From positions 32,001 to 96,000 of IMG/VR virus record IMGVR_UViG_3300045988_173642: 64,000 nt of DNA, one strand, 5' to 3'. The notes under the pieces are model-generated. The model was not told the DNA's origin. It did no database searches and saw only the letters and a program-made list of their open reading frames with translations. The DNA is from a virus. Positions 30,003-38,016 of this stretch are shown here, one piece after another (position 1 is the stretch's first letter; every line of letters begins with the position of its first letter). Position numbers and translations under genes: made by a program.

Positions 30003-30491
30003 TTATTCGTTATTATCATTCCCTGCGGTAAATTCATCAAGAATGGCGCGTACTCCTTTCAGTTCCCACAATTTCCAAGAGTTTTCGGCAAAACGGGTAC
30101 GCACAGTCACCTGTGACTTCATGCCACGTGCGGCCATGAACTCACACAACTTGATACCGATTTTCAAGTCAGTGACCATCCGGTAAAAATCTCGGCGGTC
30201 ATATTCCCCGTCCTGCCTCAGCACATAGCCATAGCCGCGAGAGCCTTCTTCGCCCTCACCATTGTGGTCGGTTCCGCATTGTTCAGTTAGAAAAAATTCA
30301 TACTGAACCTTTGATATTCCCTCTATTTCCCATTCGTCGAAACCTTTCTCAAACAATCGACGATAGCAGGTACTCTGACAGAGTTCATAACGATCAAAGA
30401 GTTCATACAATCGAATTTTTTCGGCAGGAGTAAGGTCTTTTACGCTTAATATGCCGCCACCTTTGACTTTTTCTATAACATCCTTGGTCAT
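30003..30491 (-). CDS. hypothetical protein (start refined to MTKDVIEKV)
   Basis: A TATCTTTG -7 box on the minus strand (complement of 30521-30528) lies inside the longer ORF, so the ATG at 30491 is the likely start. Confidence 0.5.
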   Translation of the reverse strand: MTKDVIEKVKGGGILSVKDLTPAEKIRLYELFDRYELCQSTCYRRLFEKGFDEWEIEGISKVQYEFFLTEQCGTDHNGEGEEGSRGYGYVLRQDGEYDRRDFYRMVTDLKIGIKLCEFMAARGMKSQVTVRTRFAENSWKLWELKGVRAILDEFTAGNDNNE

Positions 30492-30520
30492 TCCGATTAT
30501 AATTTCTAAATTTATCACCG

Positions 30521-30528
30521 CAAAGATA
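30521..30528 (-). promoter_or_regulatory. Bacteroidota-type -7 promoter box TATCTTTG
   Basis: Matches the TAnnTTTG consensus, 30 nt upstream of the ATG at 30491. Confidence 0.5.
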
Positions 30529-30626
30529 CAAAGAAACTTTGTCAATCAAAGACTATTTCAAATTTTAACACTATTCAATACGGATATTCAAAGTTGGATA
30601 ATACAATAACTAAAATTAAAAACATA

Positions 30627-31259
30627 ATGAATATACACAATTTTGTTTACAATTACGGATTCTTGGCCGACTGGATAAAAGCTAACCCTGATATTCTTCG
30701 TAAAGACCTTTTAGAAAGTTTAGAAATGTACGATTATGGCACACTCAACAAATGGATTGACGGAATAACCATGATGCCGCTGGCGCAGATGATGAAGTTC
30801 TGCAATGCTTGGAACGTACCAATCACGGCCTTCTTCTTTGATGAACAAGCAGACGAAAATGATGTGTGCGCCCCCATTACACCAGAATCCCAAATTGAAC
30901 CAAACGGCGGTTGGCCTGACCCAAACAGAAAGAATGGTCCAAAGGTCTGCGACCCTCGAACGACAGTCCACCAAAATTCCAAACTTCCGAATTATGTAAG
31001 AACGGCCAAGACGAGAAGAAGTGCGAGTAATGATGCGCATACGACGGAAAATGAGACTGCTGCGAAAACTCAGACCGAAATACCAAGCATGGAGCGCATG
31101 CGCTATCTTGACATCATCGAAAAGCAAAACGAAAGGATGATGAATCTTGTGAACGAAATCAACGAATTACACCGTCAACTGCAGAAAAAATATTACGTGC
31201 ATTACGAACAAGATACTTCCGTCCTCCCAATGGTTGCTGAAAACGACTCAATGGAATAA
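30627..31259 (+). CDS. HTH (XRE-like) DNA-binding protein, candidate repressor
   Basis: The N-terminal ~80 aa have the HTH pattern (...LLESLEMYDYGTLNKWIDGITMMPLAQMMKFCNAWNVPITAFFFDE). Divergent from the minus-strand genes. The track ORF starts at a TTG at 30594. Confidence 0.55.
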   Translation: MNIHNFVYNYGFLADWIKANPDILRKDLLESLEMYDYGTLNKWIDGITMMPLAQMMKFCNAWNVPITAFFFDEQADENDVCAPITPESQIEPNGGWPDPNRKNGPKVCDPRTTVHQNSKLPNYVRTAKTRRSASNDAHTTENETAAKTQTEIPSMERMRYLDIIEKQNERMMNLVNEINELHRQLQKKYYVHYEQDTSVLPMVAENDSME

Positions 31260-31271
31260 AACAACAAAAAG

Positions 31272-31302
31272 CGTCGCCGATCCTCACGGACAGGCGACGC
31301 CA
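31272..31302 (-). terminator. intrinsic terminator, conserved-apex hairpin family
   Basis: Minus strand reads GCGTCGCC-TGTCCGTGAGGATC-GGCGACGC followed by TTTTTGTTGTTTT, between convergent genes. Confidence 0.6.
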
Positions 31303-31368
31303 CCTAATCTAAAAACCATGAAAACATGAGCCTACGCTTAGGCTCGATACAAAAAACAAATAATAACT

Positions 31369-31893
31369 TCAGCTTTCGTTCACCGCAGCTAAACGGCGGC
31401 GATAAAATTCTTTTTCTGTAATGGGCTGCATATCGGCATGCTGGCTCTCATAAGGCACTCTTACATACCAATATCCATGATGCCGGAACAAAACAGGGGT
31501 TTTGTCGCCAAACGTGAAAGGCGCTTTCATGCCGTTTCTGGTCACACTTGGCTGGAGGGATAAAATGGGCACAAGCTCCGTCTCGGCAACAATCGGAAGA
31601 GCATTTATTTCTTTTATCAATTCGGAGCCTGCCTCTGGCACAAATATTGCGCCGCCGTCTTGTATCTCAATACGATCCCACCCTTTCTTGTATAACACAT
31701 GGTCAAATTCAACGGCCGCGACGCCTCCAGCCATGCCGACTGGCGATTCATAATAATGCTCTGCACCTTGACGCTTCACCCATGCCTTCGCCGCTTCTTC
31801 GGCTTCTTGGCATTTCTTTACAAATAGGGTCAATCGGATGCCAACTTCTGATTCTACTGCTGTTTTATACAGAAAATATTTTGCATGTTTCAT
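31369..31893 (-). CDS. hypothetical protein
   Basis: 174-aa ORF. Confidence 0.55.
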   Translation of the reverse strand: MKHAKYFLYKTAVESEVGIRLTLFVKKCQEAEEAAKAWVKRQGAEHYYESPVGMAGGVAAVEFDHVLYKKGWDRIEIQDGGAIFVPEAGSELIKEINALPIVAETELVPILSLQPSVTRNGMKAPFTFGDKTPVLFRHHGYWYVRVPYESQHADMQPITEKEFYRRRLAAVNES

Positions 31894-31905
31894 AAAATAG
31901 ATATT

Positions 31906-32187
31906 TTATTTGATTTTTGCATAAATGACCGGCTCGCCACATTCATCGTCCACCATCTTAAAGCCGCGTGCTGCCAGTTCTTCTAAGTACAAGGCAAGAG
32001 GATCGCCCAAAGGACAGACAACGGCTTTGAAATACGTGCGCAACTGATAATCAGTGAACACGTCGCAATCTTCTGTCCAATGAGAGCATGGCGCATACTT
32101 GGCGCAAAACGCTTCAATCTTGGCATAGATAACGAAATCTTGCAAGGTCACTTGCGGCTGCTCATCCATCATTATTTCTTTCTTCAT
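31906..32187 (-). CDS. hypothetical protein
   Basis: 93-aa ORF, packed. Confidence 0.5.
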   Translation of the reverse strand: MKKEIMMDEQPQVTLQDFVIYAKIEAFCAKYAPCSHWTEDCDVFTDYQLRTYFKAVVCPLGDPLALYLEELAARGFKMVDDECGEPVIYAKIK

Positions 32188-32191
32188 CTGA

Positions 32192-32788
32192 CTACTTTTT
32201 TATTTTCTTCTCAATAACCAAAACGAAACAAGCAACGACAACGAATAACGAGGCAGCCAATAATAGCATGCTTGTCAGCCGCATACCTCCGAAACGTGTT
32301 TCCGGCGTGTTCCGTTGTTTGTCTGCGGCAATACTATCGTTTGCCTGTCGATGATTCAGCGTTGCCTGGTTCATCTGCAGCGCCATGCTGTCTTCTAATG
32401 TGGACTGCGTTTGTGTGCGTGCATCCGTCGTTGAAGAATGCGTCTCGCTGCCCGTTTGTTGTTGATAATTACCGACGCGGTGTATAACGCGTTCCGTCAC
32501 TCTTATGTGCTGCCCGATACTGTCAGTATATTCTGTCACACGTTCTGTTATAATCTCTTCTTGCCTCGCACTTGCAGCGGAAGAACTCATAGCGGTTTTA
32601 TCAATAGAGACATCATGAGACAGACTGTCTCTTCCGTAGTTTTTCACACTTACTTCTTCCGCCTGCTCAATATGCAGACTGTCGTTACTGCTTCGTGTCA
32701 CCCGCTCCATGCTCTGTCTCGAAGAACTGCAAGCTGACATCAGAACGAGACACAAGCAAAACATTAAACTGTTTTTCTTCATTTTCAT
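32192..32788 (-). CDS. lipoprotein with C-terminal transmembrane anchor (start refined to MKMKKNSLMF)
   Basis: A TATCTTTG box (complement of 32807-32814) lies inside the longer ORF. Lipobox LMSAC, S/T/Q-rich body, hydrophobic tail LLLAASLFVVVACFVLVI. Confidence 0.55.
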   Translation of the reverse strand: MKMKKNSLMFCLCLVLMSACSSSRQSMERVTRSSNDSLHIEQAEEVSVKNYGRDSLSHDVSIDKTAMSSSAASARQEEIITERVTEYTDSIGQHIRVTERVIHRVGNYQQQTGSETHSSTTDARTQTQSTLEDSMALQMNQATLNHRQANDSIAADKQRNTPETRFGGMRLTSMLLLAASLFVVVACFVLVIEKKIKK

Positions 32789-32912
32789 TTTTAATGGTTG
32801 ATGGTGCAAAGATAGGTTTTTGAGTTTGGGCCGTCCGGACATAAAAAAGGCATCGCGCTGCACGTGGCGGCGCGATGCCTAATGAATTGGAAATTTCGAT
32901 TAGTTAGACTGA

Positions 32913-33515
32913 CTATTCTAATTGTACTGGAGGGCACGACGTGGCGACAGATTCAGAATTGGCCATGTCATTAAAGGTAATTAAAAGGGAGTATTCATCA
33001 ACGGAGTCACGGGAAAATATCAAATCTATTTCGCCAATAGGCGAAAACCAAGAAGAAGGTAAGAGCCTATTTAAGAAACCAAACGAAAAACCTTTTTCGT
33101 AGACATTAAATAAGATTTCGCTAAAATCTCTTTTCTTCGTCGGTATTTTATCTATCGTGTAAATGGACTCATATTCCTTCAAAAAGTCGTTTACAAACGA
33201 TTTACACTCCGAACCATTATAAATTTTCATCGTCAACATAACAGTGCATACCTTACGAGTTTTTCCGTTCCAACCCAAGAAAACATTGGCGTTATAACCT
33301 CTAAAATTCCCCATAAAGAACACACCATCTTCATAATATCGTTTCGATAAAGAATTGTCAATGAAGCCTTTTTTCTTCAATTTATCACAAAACGAATACG
33401 CATCCCCATCAATCGGAATACCCAGGAATGTGAGATGCGACTGCGACCGCGCAGACAAGCAAAGTATAACGGCCAAAAAGACCAACGTGATAATTTTTTT
33501 CATTGGTTTAAACAT
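32913..33515 (-). CDS. secreted protein, paralogue of 35661-36260 (likely start MKKIITL at 33503)
   Basis: Signal peptide followed by HLTFLGIPIDGDAYSFCDKLKKKGF, matching HMKFMGIPLTGHVDLFTQKLKAKGL in the paralogue. Confidence 0.55.
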   Translation of the reverse strand: MFKPMKKIITLVFLAVILCLSARSQSHLTFLGIPIDGDAYSFCDKLKKKGFIDNSLSKRYYEDGVFFMGNFRGYNANVFLGWNGKTRKVCTVMLTMKIYNGSECKSFVNDFLKEYESIYTIDKIPTKKRDFSEILFNVYEKGFSFGFLNRLLPSSWFSPIGEIDLIFSRDSVDEYSLLITFNDMANSESVATSCPPVQLE

Positions 33516-33524
33516 TAAGTGATT

Positions 33525-35084
33525 TCAAAATCCGCGTACCAGTACGCGAGCAGCGTTTTTGCCAATCAATTCGGCAAGCAAGTTCATCAAGTTCTCGTAA
33601 TCCGTCTTGTTCTTTGGGTCATCGCAAGCCGCATTAAAGGCATTCAACGTTTCCCGGTCGGCAAAACGGATAGACATGAAACCTGCGGCATTGGCACCAT
33701 AATGACGCGCCTGCAACAATAACGGCTTCAAGCTGCCTTCATACCTTGACAGTAAAATCTTCCATTCTTGGGCGTATTTGCCGGGGAAATCTTCGATTTT
33801 TTTCGTCTGTGCCGTTTTACTTGAAGCATCCAACAGACTGAACAAGTCAGGTTCTACGGACAAAACTGCTTTACGACTATGGTCTTTCAACCATTGTTCC
33901 AAGACATGGAAAACCAATCCTTCATGTGTTCCGCCCCATTGTCTGGGGCGTTCAACGGCCTTTGGAAGTCCGTTATAGGCAAAAGTCTTAAACTCACTCC
34001 AAAGAATTTCCGGAACAGAGACAACAAATGATTTGAGTTTTTCTTCGTCAAGGCTCGGATAAACGCCCATGATTTTTTCGCATACACGCTTAACCGAGGT
34101 GTTACGATGCAGGTTTAAATCACGTGCGACACCAAGCGGTGTACGCTTAATATGGAATCTGATCTTATCAGGATTGCCGCGTTTCGCTTTTCCCGTGTAA
34201 ACGGGTTCATATCCTTCGGGACATTCATCCGTAGACTCCAACATGATTTCGATCTTGTTTTCTTTACATAACCGAACCATATCATTTCTGGCTACGTTGA
34301 GCACTTGTGTGCGGAATCTTGCAAACTTCTGGTATTTATCCTTGGCTATGACGTCTGATTTCGGCATTCTCTCGAAAATACCTAAGAAATCCTTCAATTC
34401 AAAATAATCTATAACAGGGTGCATCTGACCTTTGCTGACATATTTCATCAACAACAGATAAAGGCGTGAAGTGAACACTGAATTACAGAACAAAGCAATA
34501 TGCTCAAGATGATTGAAATAACCATGACTCATGCCGAATATCGCCATTGCAGCTTCAACATTGATGGTCACTTCAACGAATCCATCACGCCTTAACACAT
34601 TCGATGATTTCCCTTCTTCGGTATCACCAGGGTATGTATTTCCCTCTTTAGATGAAACGCTTTGCGGAACGAAAACCCTGCTGAATATCGGCATATAATC
34701 ATCACCTTTCCTCAATCCTGTTTCCAAATCAAAACGAGGTAAATGAAAAGTAATATCTGTAATCTCCTTAATTTTCTCCACTAATTCATTATAATGGTTA
34801 TATACTCCCAATTCGGACAAACTCAAACGGATAGGTCCCATCTTCAGTAAATCTTCTTTAGATATGCCACCTTGCGGGTATTGATCATTCAAAAAACGCC
34901 GTTCGTCCAAATATTTAGTGAAATGGCTTTGCAATTTACCGCTTACATGCAACATAACATTTTGCTGGCACAACGAAAAACTCTTGCAAAATTTCGTATA
35001 AGATACAGGAGTAATTATCCAGTTATGATGCTCCAACGCAGACTTAACATCAATTTCTTCTTCTTTTTTATTCTTCTTAGCCAT
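33525..35084 (-). CDS. plasmid-type replication initiator (iteron-binding Rep candidate)
   Basis: 519-aa ORF starting 47 nt from a block of 22-bp iterons and upstream of the ParA module. Assigned by context; no catalytic motif identified. Confidence 0.55.
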   Translation of the reverse strand: MAKKNKKEEEIDVKSALEHHNWIITPVSYTKFCKSFSLCQQNVMLHVSGKLQSHFTKYLDERRFLNDQYPQGGISKEDLLKMGPIRLSLSELGVYNHYNELVEKIKEITDITFHLPRFDLETGLRKGDDYMPIFSRVFVPQSVSSKEGNTYPGDTEEGKSSNVLRRDGFVEVTINVEAAMAIFGMSHGYFNHLEHIALFCNSVFTSRLYLLLMKYVSKGQMHPVIDYFELKDFLGIFERMPKSDVIAKDKYQKFARFRTQVLNVARNDMVRLCKENKIEIMLESTDECPEGYEPVYTGKAKRGNPDKIRFHIKRTPLGVARDLNLHRNTSVKRVCEKIMGVYPSLDEEKLKSFVVSVPEILWSEFKTFAYNGLPKAVERPRQWGGTHEGLVFHVLEQWLKDHSRKAVLSVEPDLFSLLDASSKTAQTKKIEDFPGKYAQEWKILLSRYEGSLKPLLLQARHYGANAAGFMSIRFADRETLNAFNAACDDPKNKTDYENLMNLLAELIGKNAARVLVRGF

Positions 35085-35130
35085 GATTTCCTATTATTTT
35101 TCGTTTCAATATTACATGCTGCAAATTTTC

Positions 35131-35218
35131 CCTCCCTATTTATGTACCAACTCCTCCCTATTTATGTACCAACTCCTCCCTATTTATGTACCAACTCCTC
35201 CCTATTTATGTACCTCAT
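35131..35218. repeat. iterons, 4 direct copies of CCTCCCTATTTATGTACCAACT (4th partial)
   Basis: Counted directly: 35131, 35153, 35175 and 35197, with a 22-bp period. Confidence 0.9.
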
Positions 35219-35384
35219 TGCACATAACTTTCTGATTTCAAGCGCATTGTGACCCGCGTAAAATAATATAATATAAATAAGGAAAATCTCTTTTTTTATT
35301 AAAAAGGAAGAAGGAACCAATATTATATTATATTATATTACGCAATTTACAACGGGCTGAATATTAATATGTTAAGCTTAATGA

Positions 35385-35468
35385 GGTACATAAATAGGGA
35401 GGAGTTGGTACATAAATAGGGAGGAGTTGGTACATAAAAGAGGAGGAGTTGGTACATAAATAGGGAGG
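35385..35468. repeat. iterons, 4 copies in inverted orientation (GGTACATAAATAGGGAGGAGTT; 3rd degenerate, 4th partial)
   Basis: Copies at 35385, 35407, 35429 and 35451. Together with 35131-35218 they form an ~88-bp inverted repeat around a ~160-bp AT-rich spacer. Confidence 0.9.
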
Positions 35469-35530
35469 TCTATGCAAGGTAAACTATCTTAGTAGAAGTT
35501 TACCTCATTCGCCGATAGAAGGTAAACCAT

Positions 35531-35650
35531 CTTAGTAAGAGTTTACCTCAATCCTCCAACTTATTCCGTCTCAGAAACTCAATCACGGCACGCAAGGCAA
35601 AATCACGGCGGGGGATGCCGGTGCGGATTTTGAGGAAGATATTTGCCGGT
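35531..35650 (-). pseudogene. truncated duplicate of the 3' end of the RHH gene 36306-36773
   Basis: Minus-strand translation ...IFLKIRTGIPRRDFALRAVIEFLRRNKLED* compared with ...SFLKIRTGIPIRDLALQAVIEFLERNKLED*. No start codon; about 80 percent nt identity over ~115 bp. Confidence 0.65.
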
Positions 35651-35660
35651 CTACGAAAAA

Positions 35661-36260
35661 TCACAAATCGTCATAATTATTTTTTTCGTTTTTATTAAAA
35701 TTGGCGACATCACAATAGGAGAGACTGATGCGATAGTATTTTTCATGAATGCCATCTGGCAGGATAGTAGTCTGTATGATGAGCCCCATCAGATTCTTTT
35801 TTTCTTTGTCAAATATGCGAAATTGAATGCCATTGGCGTCGCCATCGCTATTTTTTGACAAACCAAGCACAGCGTCAGGATATTTCTCCTTTAATTGAGC
35901 CGCAATATCAACAAATTGCGATTTTACCGATTCCAATGTAGGGTACTCTATGTCGACTACCACTGAAAATACAGTTTTATCTTTTGAGTTAAACATTATC
36001 ATAAATTCAGCATCCTCCCCCATAAATACTCCTTTGTAATATTTCGTACCAGAAGGAGCTACTTTTGTTTTCGCAACATCGCAAGTAAGTCCTTTGGCTT
36101 TTAACTTCTGCGTAAACAAATCTACATGCCCGGTTAATGGAATACCCATGAATTTCATGTGTGCCTGTCCTTGCACCATCAGACAGAACAAAGACAGCAT
36201 TAAAGTAACTATGATTTTTTTCATTGTTGTTTTAAATTTTATGGTTATTAATATTTTCAA
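35661..36260 (-). CDS. secreted protein, paralogue of 32913-33515 (likely start MKKIIVTL at 36224)
   Basis: Signal peptide plus a shared N-terminal motif. The gene is flanked by the duplicated RHH 3' segment. Confidence 0.55.
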   Translation of the reverse strand: MKILITIKFKTTMKKIIVTLMLSLFCLMVQGQAHMKFMGIPLTGHVDLFTQKLKAKGLTCDVAKTKVAPSGTKYYKGVFMGEDAEFMIMFNSKDKTVFSVVVDIEYPTLESVKSQFVDIAAQLKEKYPDAVLGLSKNSDGDANGIQFRIFDKEKKNLMGLIIQTTILPDGIHEKYYRISLSYCDVANFNKNEKNNYDDL

Positions 36261-36305
36261 TAATATGGCAAATATGTCTGCCAGTTTGTATAGTAAGGGT
36301 TTACC

Positions 36306-36773
36306 TCAATCCTCCAACTTATTCCGCTCCAAGAACTCAATCACGGCCTGTAAAGCCAAGTCGCGGATGGGGATGCCCGTACGGATTTTTAGGAAAGAAA
36401 TTTGTCTGTAATATTTCATCGACACTTTAATACTGATGCCTGCTTCTGATTTCTGCGACTTGGTTGCCAATGTAGGCAAGGGAGTTGATTCGTTTTGTAC
36501 AGCTGCCATTTCTTCTTCTTTTGTTTCTTGATTTGTTTCCTGGTTTGTCTCTTGGTTTGTTCCCTGAACAACTGCTTCTGGTTCTATCACTTCACCCTGG
36601 GCTGATTCCGCTTCGGTTGCCTGATGCAATGCAGGAACGTCATCCTTCGTCGTTGATTGCACTTTATCGCCCGATTGTCCCAAGCAATTTGCATGATCCA
36701 TCGCGCCGTCAATTACCTGCGCACATGGGGTTTTGTCAATTTGGAAGTTATTATTACTTGCTTTTCGTGCCAT
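36306..36773 (-). CDS. ribbon-helix-helix centromere-binding protein candidate (ParG/ParB-like partner of ParA)
   Basis: 155 aa with a low-complexity acidic N-terminal part (NQETNQETNQET). The C-terminal ISIKVSMKYYRQISFLKIRTGIPIRDLALQAVIEFLERN is RHH-like. Lies directly downstream of parA. Confidence 0.5.
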   Translation of the reverse strand: MARKASNNNFQIDKTPCAQVIDGAMDHANCLGQSGDKVQSTTKDDVPALHQATEAESAQGEVIEPEAVVQGTNQETNQETNQETKEEEMAAVQNESTPLPTLATKSQKSEAGISIKVSMKYYRQISFLKIRTGIPIRDLALQAVIEFLERNKLED

Positions 36774-36806
36774 GTTGATTAAATGTTTTCGTGGTTATTA
36801 TTCCTA

Positions 36807-37679
36807 TTATTCTGGCATACTTTCCAGTAATTCGATGGTGAACTGCTTATAGTCCAATCCAACGCGACTATAAGGCGCATAGGTAAATATATCCTCATTT
36901 AACGCCTGCGCTTCCACCATCTTTGTATCACGGCGTGTATAAGAATCAAACATATAGTCGTTGAACTTGCCACCGAGGTATTGTTTAAACTGCTTCGTCG
37001 CATTCGTCTGGTCGTTGCTCATGACCATCAATAAGCCGCGAACCTCCAAGTAAGGGTTCAAATCTTCACGTGTCTCACTGACCGCCGCAATGATGTCGGC
37101 AATGCCCTTCGTTGCCAACATCTCCAGCTGCACGGGCAATACCACGCTCGAAGCGGCCGTTAAGGCATTAAACGTCAACAGAGACATGGCTGGCGGGCAG
37201 TCAATCAAAATGTAGTCAAAGGCATCCAACGCATGGGTAACGCCCTCTCCTGCCAGTTCGTTGCCTTTCATTTCCTTCAGCGGCCGGGAAAGGATTTTAC
37301 AAAGGGCTTTTCTGGGTACGGACATTTGATTCAAAAACGGGTCAATGCCAATCAGTTTTCCACTCGCTGGCGCAAGATAGATGCCTTCACGCATTTGGTA
37401 AACAGGTAACTGACCCTGCTGCACAATTGCATCATAAACCGTTGGTAAATCCGCACTCTGCATCTCGCTCCAGCCAAACAGGAAGGAGACACAAGCCTGC
37501 GGGTCAAGATCAATAATTAAAACACGTGGAAGACAGGATGACCCGTCGGCGTTCTTGCCAAAATATCCCTTGCCAAATCTTCTGAGGCCCGTTGCAAGGC
37601 TTTGCACCGTTGTCGTCTTGCCCACCCCACCCTTGTGGTTGACAAAGGCAAGCACTTCTTTTAATCGCTTAGTTTCCAT
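36807..37679 (-). CDS. parA: ParA-family partition ATPase
   Basis: Deviant Walker A VNHKGGVGKTTT, DLDPQ, and a later IDCPP motif. Confidence 0.85.
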   Translation of the reverse strand: METKRLKEVLAFVNHKGGVGKTTTVQSLATGLRRFGKGYFGKNADGSSCLPRVLIIDLDPQACVSFLFGWSEMQSADLPTVYDAIVQQGQLPVYQMREGIYLAPASGKLIGIDPFLNQMSVPRKALCKILSRPLKEMKGNELAGEGVTHALDAFDYILIDCPPAMSLLTFNALTAASSVVLPVQLEMLATKGIADIIAAVSETREDLNPYLEVRGLLMVMSNDQTNATKQFKQYLGGKFNDYMFDSYTRRDTKMVEAQALNEDIFTYAPYSRVGLDYKQFTIELLESMPE

Positions 37680-37689
37680 TTTTCGCTTA

Positions 37690-38010
37690 ATGTTAGTGTT
37701 CTTTTAAATGTTTGTTCATTGATTTGTTGAAACAAATAAACGAACAAATAAACAAATAAATGAACGAATGTTTGTTTAAACAATTCAACAAAAATATGAT
37801 TGAATAATTAAATAGCCGATTTACAGACCATTAATCATTATTGTTGTCTCATTTCGATTACAAATTTAAATATTATAATTCATTTGAGCAAATAAATTCA
37901 TGAATATTTGTTTGATTGTTTGTTTATTTAGTTGTATGTTTGTTGAAACAATTAAATAAATAAATAATTAAACAAATAAACAAACGAATAAATGAATGTT
38001 TGTTTGCTTG
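37690..38010. repeat. AT-rich AAAC(A/G)AA-type repeat region upstream of parA (candidate centromere/operator)
   Basis: Two ~85-bp degenerate direct repeats sharing TTTGTTGAAACAA (37723, 37938) and AAACAAATAAAC...AATAAATGAA..TGTTTGTTT. Palindrome TTGTTTAAACAA. Confidence 0.4.
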
Positions 38011-38016
38011 TTTAAA

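Noticed and set aside
35131-35468. Possible CRISPR array
   Set aside because: The 22-bp repeats are contiguous with no spacers and occur as two inverted blocks next to a Rep-like gene, which is an iteron origin.
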